Source: Bdellovibrionota bacterium
GTDB taxonomy: Bacteria > Bdellovibrionota_C > UBA2361 > JBIKUX01
DNA: 64,000 nucleotides
Reading direction: 5' to 3'
NCBI GenBank assembly: GCA_044347345.1
Contig: JBIKUX010000001.1
Coordinates: 17,719-81,718, forward strand
Under the pieces are notes generated by a model, which ran no database searches, was not told the origin of the DNA, and saw nothing but the letters and a program-made list of their open reading frames with translations. A program made the position numbers and the translations under genes. Below are positions 59,562 through 64,000 of the stretch, piece after piece (position 1 is the first letter of the stretch; each line of letters starts with the position of its first letter).

Positions 59562-61208
59562 TTAATTAAGTCGCAGTTTCTGACCCGCTACTAGTCGTGA
59601 ATTACTTCCGAGCATATTTAGTGCTTGCAGTTTTTTTAACGGAATCACATTTTTTTTTGCTATCGTTGCCAAGTTATCCCCAGGACGAACGGTATAATAT
59701 CTTTTAGAAGTGGTAACTGTTGATTTTTTGTTTGTTGCAGAGGCAGCTTTCTTAGAAGATTTAATTGGAACTCTTAAAACTTGTCCAACTTTGATTTTTG
59801 ACTTTACTATTTGATTTGCTTGCATCAGTTCAGCTGGAGATACTTTCAGACGAGTAGCTATCATGGAGAGCGAATCACCTTTCTTTACTGTATAAATTGT
59901 AGAATTTTGACTCCTAGGCGATACATCTTGACGAGTACGGACAGACGGCTCTTCTAAAATATTGGATAGTTGTATATCTGAAGAAAAATCCCGCAATTCT
60001 TTTTTGCTATATGCTACGTTAATTGTAGCGGAAGGAGGAAGCCTAAGATTAAATCCTTTCGGTATAGGATACCTACCCTGCCATACTGCCGGCGTTAATG
60101 CATAATTAAGAGACTTTAATTCATCTAAGTCTACTGCAAAGCTAGCCACTGCTTCTCTCACTGAGATTGCTCTTGCTATACGGTGGCTACGATATTGTGC
60201 CGGTGCATTTAACCTGATTTCAGGAAAATATTTTCGACGATCACGAAAAACCTCTACAGCAGCTAAAAACTCTGGATAAAAATTTCCAGAAGCAAAACCA
60301 AAAAAACGCTCTGACGGATGCTCAATTATTGCTGATATATCTATGGTACCTGCCTCTCTTACCTTTCGAGCCACACCTGCTACACCATGGTTGTAGGAAG
60401 TAATGGCTAATGGCCAGGAGCCAAGTCTTTGATAAGCTGAGCTTAAATATTTTGCGGCAGCATGAGTAGCTACAACTGGATCTCGACGCTCATCTACTAC
60501 TCTACCAACATGCATAAAAGAACGCGCGGTAGCTGGCATGAACTGCCAAATTCCTGCAGCTCCCACTGAACTATAGGCCGAGTAATCAAACGACGATTCA
60601 ATAAAGGGCAATCGAGTTAAATCGCGCGGTAGTCCGTACTGTGCAAAAATCTCCTCCATCATCGGAAGATATTTACCTGAACGTTCAATAGATGCAGCAA
60701 ACTTATCTCGAATCCCAGTTTGTGATCTGATAAGTCCTTCACTAATGACTCTTTGATACTTAGCTATTCCACTACCACTACCACTACCACTACCACCGGG
60801 CACACCCTTCATCACCTTAACTATCTGGTGCTGCAACGCTGTCTGAGGTAATTCACCGGAGGCTAAATGCTTAAATGCCCTTTCAATTTCAGCGGAATGC
60901 TCCAAATCAACTTGCTTTTTAACGGCGTAAAACTGAACTTCCCCATATTTCTCTCGCAGAGGAGTAAGATCAACAACCTTAAATATTACTTGAGGGAATT
61001 CTCGATGATGAAATACCAAATGACCAGCACCATATTTCGTAAAAATGTATTTCCAAAATTCAACACGCGGTCTAAGCCTAGCTGGAACTGCAAATTGAGT
61101 TTCAGCCAAAGCTAGGCTTTTTGGTGAGATTATTTGCACACTCTCAACCAAACAAAGCACGGATATAATAAAAATTAGGCGAATAAAAAAGTATTTTGGT
61201 AAGTTCAT
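59562..61208 (-). CDS. MltD-like lytic murein transglycosylase with LysM domains
   Basis: SLT motifs LPFIESSF, GAAGIWQFMPAT, DERRDP, AITSYNHG; C-terminal LysM (YTVKKGDSLSMIA, YTVRPGDNLATIA). Confidence 0.9.
   Translation of the reverse strand: MNLPKYFFIRLIFIISVLCLVESVQIISPKSLALAETQFAVPARLRPRVEFWKYIFTKYGAGHLVFHHREFPQVIFKVVDLTPLREKYGEVQFYAVKKQVDLEHSAEIERAFKHLASGELPQTALQHQIVKVMKGVPGGSGSGSGSGIAKYQRVISEGLIRSQTGIRDKFAASIERSGKYLPMMEEIFAQYGLPRDLTRLPFIESSFDYSAYSSVGAAGIWQFMPATARSFMHVGRVVDERRDPVVATHAAAKYLSSAYQRLGSWPLAITSYNHGVAGVARKVREAGTIDISAIIEHPSERFFGFASGNFYPEFLAAVEVFRDRRKYFPEIRLNAPAQYRSHRIARAISVREAVASFAVDLDELKSLNYALTPAVWQGRYPIPKGFNLRLPPSATINVAYSKKELRDFSSDIQLSNILEEPSVRTRQDVSPRSQNSTIYTVKKGDSLSMIATRLKVSPAELMQANQIVKSKIKVGQVLRVPIKSSKKAASATNKKSTVTTSKRYYTVRPGDNLATIAKKNVIPLKKLQALNMLGSNSRLVAGQKLRLN
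60769..60792. repeat. In-frame hexanucleotide repeat (CCACTA)x4
   Basis: Encodes the GSGSGSGSG loop in the transglycosylase. Confidence 0.85.
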
Positions 61209-61227
61209 CACAACAATAACCAAATGT

Positions 61228-62670
61228 TTAATAGTTTTTGTAAAGAGACTCTATGAACCTCCGCTCTTCCTCAAGAGCACGACTACGACTTTTTGTACTA
61301 TTTTGGATGACAGCAAATACTATTTTTTCACCACTATGTGGTACAAGAGTGCCAGCTAACCCATTAACTCCAGTCAAACTTCCTGTTTTAGCTCTAAGAT
61401 GATAAGGGGGAATGCTAAACTTTCTACTAAAAAGGGTTCCCGTCCGTCCTGTAACTGCAAAAGAGCGTTCAAATTCCACGCCAAACTCTGGGGAAAGTAC
61501 TGCTGCACGAATAAGATGCGCTAGTAAGCTAGCGGAGAGCCGATTTTCCCTACTGAGTCCCGAACCATCTCGAATCACCACTTCAGCCTTAAAAGTACTT
61601 TTTATAGCCTCATAAATCCTGTCTCGCCCAAGTTCATAATCAAACATTTCAGCCTCTTTCTCTTTTCCGAGAAGATGGACAAGCTGTTCAGCAATTACAT
61701 TATTACTGAAAGTGTTCATATCTGCTACGAAAGCAACGAGAGGCTTAGAACGATATTCTTGAAAAAATTTCATTTTAGCAGTGTCTACCGGACTAGTACT
61801 TATTCTGATAGCACTTCTATTTAATTCACCGAAAGGGCGCACCAAGCCGTGTAAAAATCCAACAAGTGTTTGCGCAAAATATTCCTCAGGTTGGGGAACG
61901 CTCCGATAGATCGTGCGACACTGCGCATTAATACCAATAGCTCCATCAATTCTCACAATACCAGTACCGGCAGGAATATGAACACTAATATTATTTCCAG
62001 AGCCTGGAACTGTCCGTACTGTACCCTTAATAGTCCGTCCGTATTCTGCCGGCTCAAGTGCTATTTGCGCAAAATTACCCACTGACTGCGCTGGGCATAC
62101 TTCAACCCCCAGTGCATTAAAATTGAGAAGAAGAGAACTTGATCCTGCCTCATAAGCTCTTTCTCCTTTGATGCTAGAACCTCCTTTGAATCTTGAAGTA
62201 TCTACTACAATCTCATCAATCTGATTAATACCTCGCCGTCTGAATAAAGAGGCAATAATATATAATGACTCTGATGTTACATCTGGAGCCCCTCCTCCTG
62301 TAATTACTAATCGACGCAATTGTCCAGACGAAGTTCCTAATTCTCCCTTAAAAAGAGTGCTAACCGAAAAGTCAGGTCCTAGCTTAGTCAAAGCCGACCA
62401 ACTCGTAACGAGCTTCATAAGACTAGCCGGAACTAGGAGCTTATTACTACCACTTTCAAAGAGAATTTTACCAGATTGTAATCTAAGCACCATTACCCCA
62501 GCATCTGATGAAAACCAACTACTACTCGTGTGGCCACCAAGTGAATTATTAAACGACTGAGATTCTGCGAAGGGAATTTTCACACCAATTGTGCAAAGTA
62601 TTAATACAAACCAAAATACCTGAGATTGAACAAATAGCTTTTTTAGCATTGGGCTAAAAGTGATTAACAT
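61228..62670 (-). CDS. dacB: D-alanyl-D-alanine carboxypeptidase/endopeptidase (PBP4, peptidase S13)
   Basis: SxxK in PASLMK, SxN in SNNVIAE, DGSGLSRENR, KTG in AKTGSL. Confidence 0.92.
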   Translation of the reverse strand: MLITFSPMLKKLFVQSQVFWFVLILCTIGVKIPFAESQSFNNSLGGHTSSSWFSSDAGVMVLRLQSGKILFESGSNKLLVPASLMKLVTSWSALTKLGPDFSVSTLFKGELGTSSGQLRRLVITGGGAPDVTSESLYIIASLFRRRGINQIDEIVVDTSRFKGGSSIKGERAYEAGSSSLLLNFNALGVEVCPAQSVGNFAQIALEPAEYGRTIKGTVRTVPGSGNNISVHIPAGTGIVRIDGAIGINAQCRTIYRSVPQPEEYFAQTLVGFLHGLVRPFGELNRSAIRISTSPVDTAKMKFFQEYRSKPLVAFVADMNTFSNNVIAEQLVHLLGKEKEAEMFDYELGRDRIYEAIKSTFKAEVVIRDGSGLSRENRLSASLLAHLIRAAVLSPEFGVEFERSFAVTGRTGTLFSRKFSIPPYHLRAKTGSLTGVNGLAGTLVPHSGEKIVFAVIQNSTKSRSRALEEERRFIESLYKNY

Positions 62671-62773
62671 TTTCAGTACTTAAAAAGTCATACACAGATT
62701 AATTGAACGAAAACATCTCGCCTCATCAAAAACAAGTGGTAATAATACTATAAGATTCTTTTACGAGAAGAAG

Positions 62774-64000
62774 GTGAATAAATACTTTACCGATGTTTTA
62801 ATAATTGGTGCTGGTATCAGTGGGCTTGCTTGCGCCCGGGCTCTGAAGGAGCACGGCTGTTCTTCCATCATAATTCTTGAAGCTACGGATAAAATAGGTG
62901 GTAGAGTTGCTACAGATTACAGTGACGGATTTCTTCTCGATCACGGTTTTCAAGTCCTTATAGACGGTTATCCTGAGGTAAAACGGCTAGGAATCGTGCA
63001 CGATTTAAGAGCAACCTGCTTTGCTCACGGATCTATCATAAGAATCAAAAATAATTTTTATCATCTTCCAGATCCTTTTCGTCACCCATCCAAGGCCATA
63101 AGTGCACTGTTTTCACCTGCTATTACTTTTGTCGACAAACTAAGATTAGCTCTTCTTCGCATGAATATTCATAGAATGCCAGTCATCGCCAATGAAACAA
63201 CATATGAATACCTAAAGCGGTTAAAATTTTCGGATAAGGCTATACAACACTTTTTTCAACCGTTCTTTGGCGGAGTATTTTTAGAGAATAATCTTAATAC
63301 TCCGGCAAACAAATTTACCTATTTATTTGATATTTTCAAAAAAAGTAACATTTTACTCCCTGAACAAGGGATAGGAGCAATATCAAAAATACTTGCCTCT
63401 CCTCTTGACCAATCCAGTATTCTGCTAAAGCGCCGTGTAGTAGCAATAAATCGCTATAGTGACAATCTAGGAGTTGTCTACACTGAAGATGAGACTTTTG
63501 AAGCAAACAAAATAATCTTAACAAGCGCAAACTTAGAAGGTCTATTGCCAGACAGTATTAGATTACCAAGCTCAACGTCATTTAACTCGGTATCTTGTTT
63601 ATACTTTAGCGCCACTTTTATTCCCTATCCACTAAATCTCCCTTACCTTATTTTAAATACTAACGGAAGTGAATTAATCTTACACATGTGTTGCTTATCA
63701 AACATACAGCCTTCATATTCACCAAGAGGATCTCACCTAATTAGTGTAACAGTAATAAATAATTCTCAACTAACTTCACTTGAAATCGTTATCCGGGAGG
63801 AATTAGAGGCGTGGTTTGGTAAAAGCGTTGATGGCTGGCAACTACTAAAAATATTCCACATTGAGCATGCAATTCCACAAGGATTTCCAAACAATCCTAT
63901 ATGTATTGAGTCTCCTTGGCTTTATCGGGCTGGTGATTATGTACTAGAAGCTACTTTAAACGGAGCACTAAAATCAGCTTGGCAAGTAGCTGATGAAATT
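62774..64000 (+). CDS. FAD-dependent oxidoreductase, flavin amine-oxidase family (3'-truncated by the window edge)
   Basis: Hand-translated from GTG at 62774: [54 protein letters not shown]...NGALKS; no stop before 64000. Confidence 0.88.
   Translation, partial: MNKYFTDVLIIGAGISGLACARALKEHGCSSIIILEATDKIGGRVATDYSDGFLLDHGFQVLIDGYPEVKRLGIVHDLRATCFAHGSIIRIKNNFYHLPDPFRHPSKAISALFSPAITFVDKLRLALLRMNIHRMPVIANETTYEYLKRLKFSDKAIQHFFQPFFGGVFLENNLNTPANKFTYLFDIFKKSNILLPEQGIGAISKILASPLDQSSILLKRRVVAINRYSDNLGVVYTEDETFEANKIILTSANLEGLLPDSIRLPSSTSFNSVSCLYFSATFIPYPLNLPYLILNTNGSELILHMCCLSNIQPSYSPRGSHLISVTVINNSQLTSLEIVIREELEAWFGKSVDGWQLLKIFHIEHAIPQGFPNNPICIESPWLYRAGDYVLEATLNGALKSAWQVADEI

Noticed and set aside
59562-62670. 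dacB and the transglycosylase as predatory prey-wall-remodelling enzymes
   Set aside because: The sequence cannot distinguish them from housekeeping peptidoglycan enzymes, and the host's lifestyle is unknown

Overview
A 64-kb, gene-dense, AT-rich bacterial chromosomal segment. Gene content and order (miaB next to a DUF151 nuclease, split nuo cluster, FadF-like oxidoreductase, HelD-like ATPase) suggest a Deltaproteobacteria/Bdellovibrionota-like diderm; this is inference only. Housekeeping content: miaB, acyl-CoA dehydrogenase, crotonase, HIT, OprO/P-like porin, bcp, dedA, birA, nadC, dnaE, HU, an 11-gene nuoCDEFGHJKLMN cluster lacking nuoA/B/I, amtB, efp, mltD-like and dacB. I found no rRNA, tRNA, CRISPR array, IS element or prophage. 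Three signals stand out. (1) A sensory cluster at about 42.7-51.2 kb pairs an intact hybrid bacteriophytochrome kinase with a full-length CheA that has lost its ATP-binding boxes, plus CheW, a GT47 glycosyltransferase and a soluble PAS-PAS chemoreceptor: a candidate light-wired chemosensory array. (2) Several full-length, uninterrupted ORFs have their catalytic residues replaced: RtcA-like and PHP-like genes flanking dnaE, a DeaD-like helicase, the CheA and a receiver protein. (3) Many short 15-18 bp tandem duplications occur, several sharing CAGTG, including a repeat-rich leader in front of the dead helicase. All assignments come from reading motifs by eye; no searches were run.
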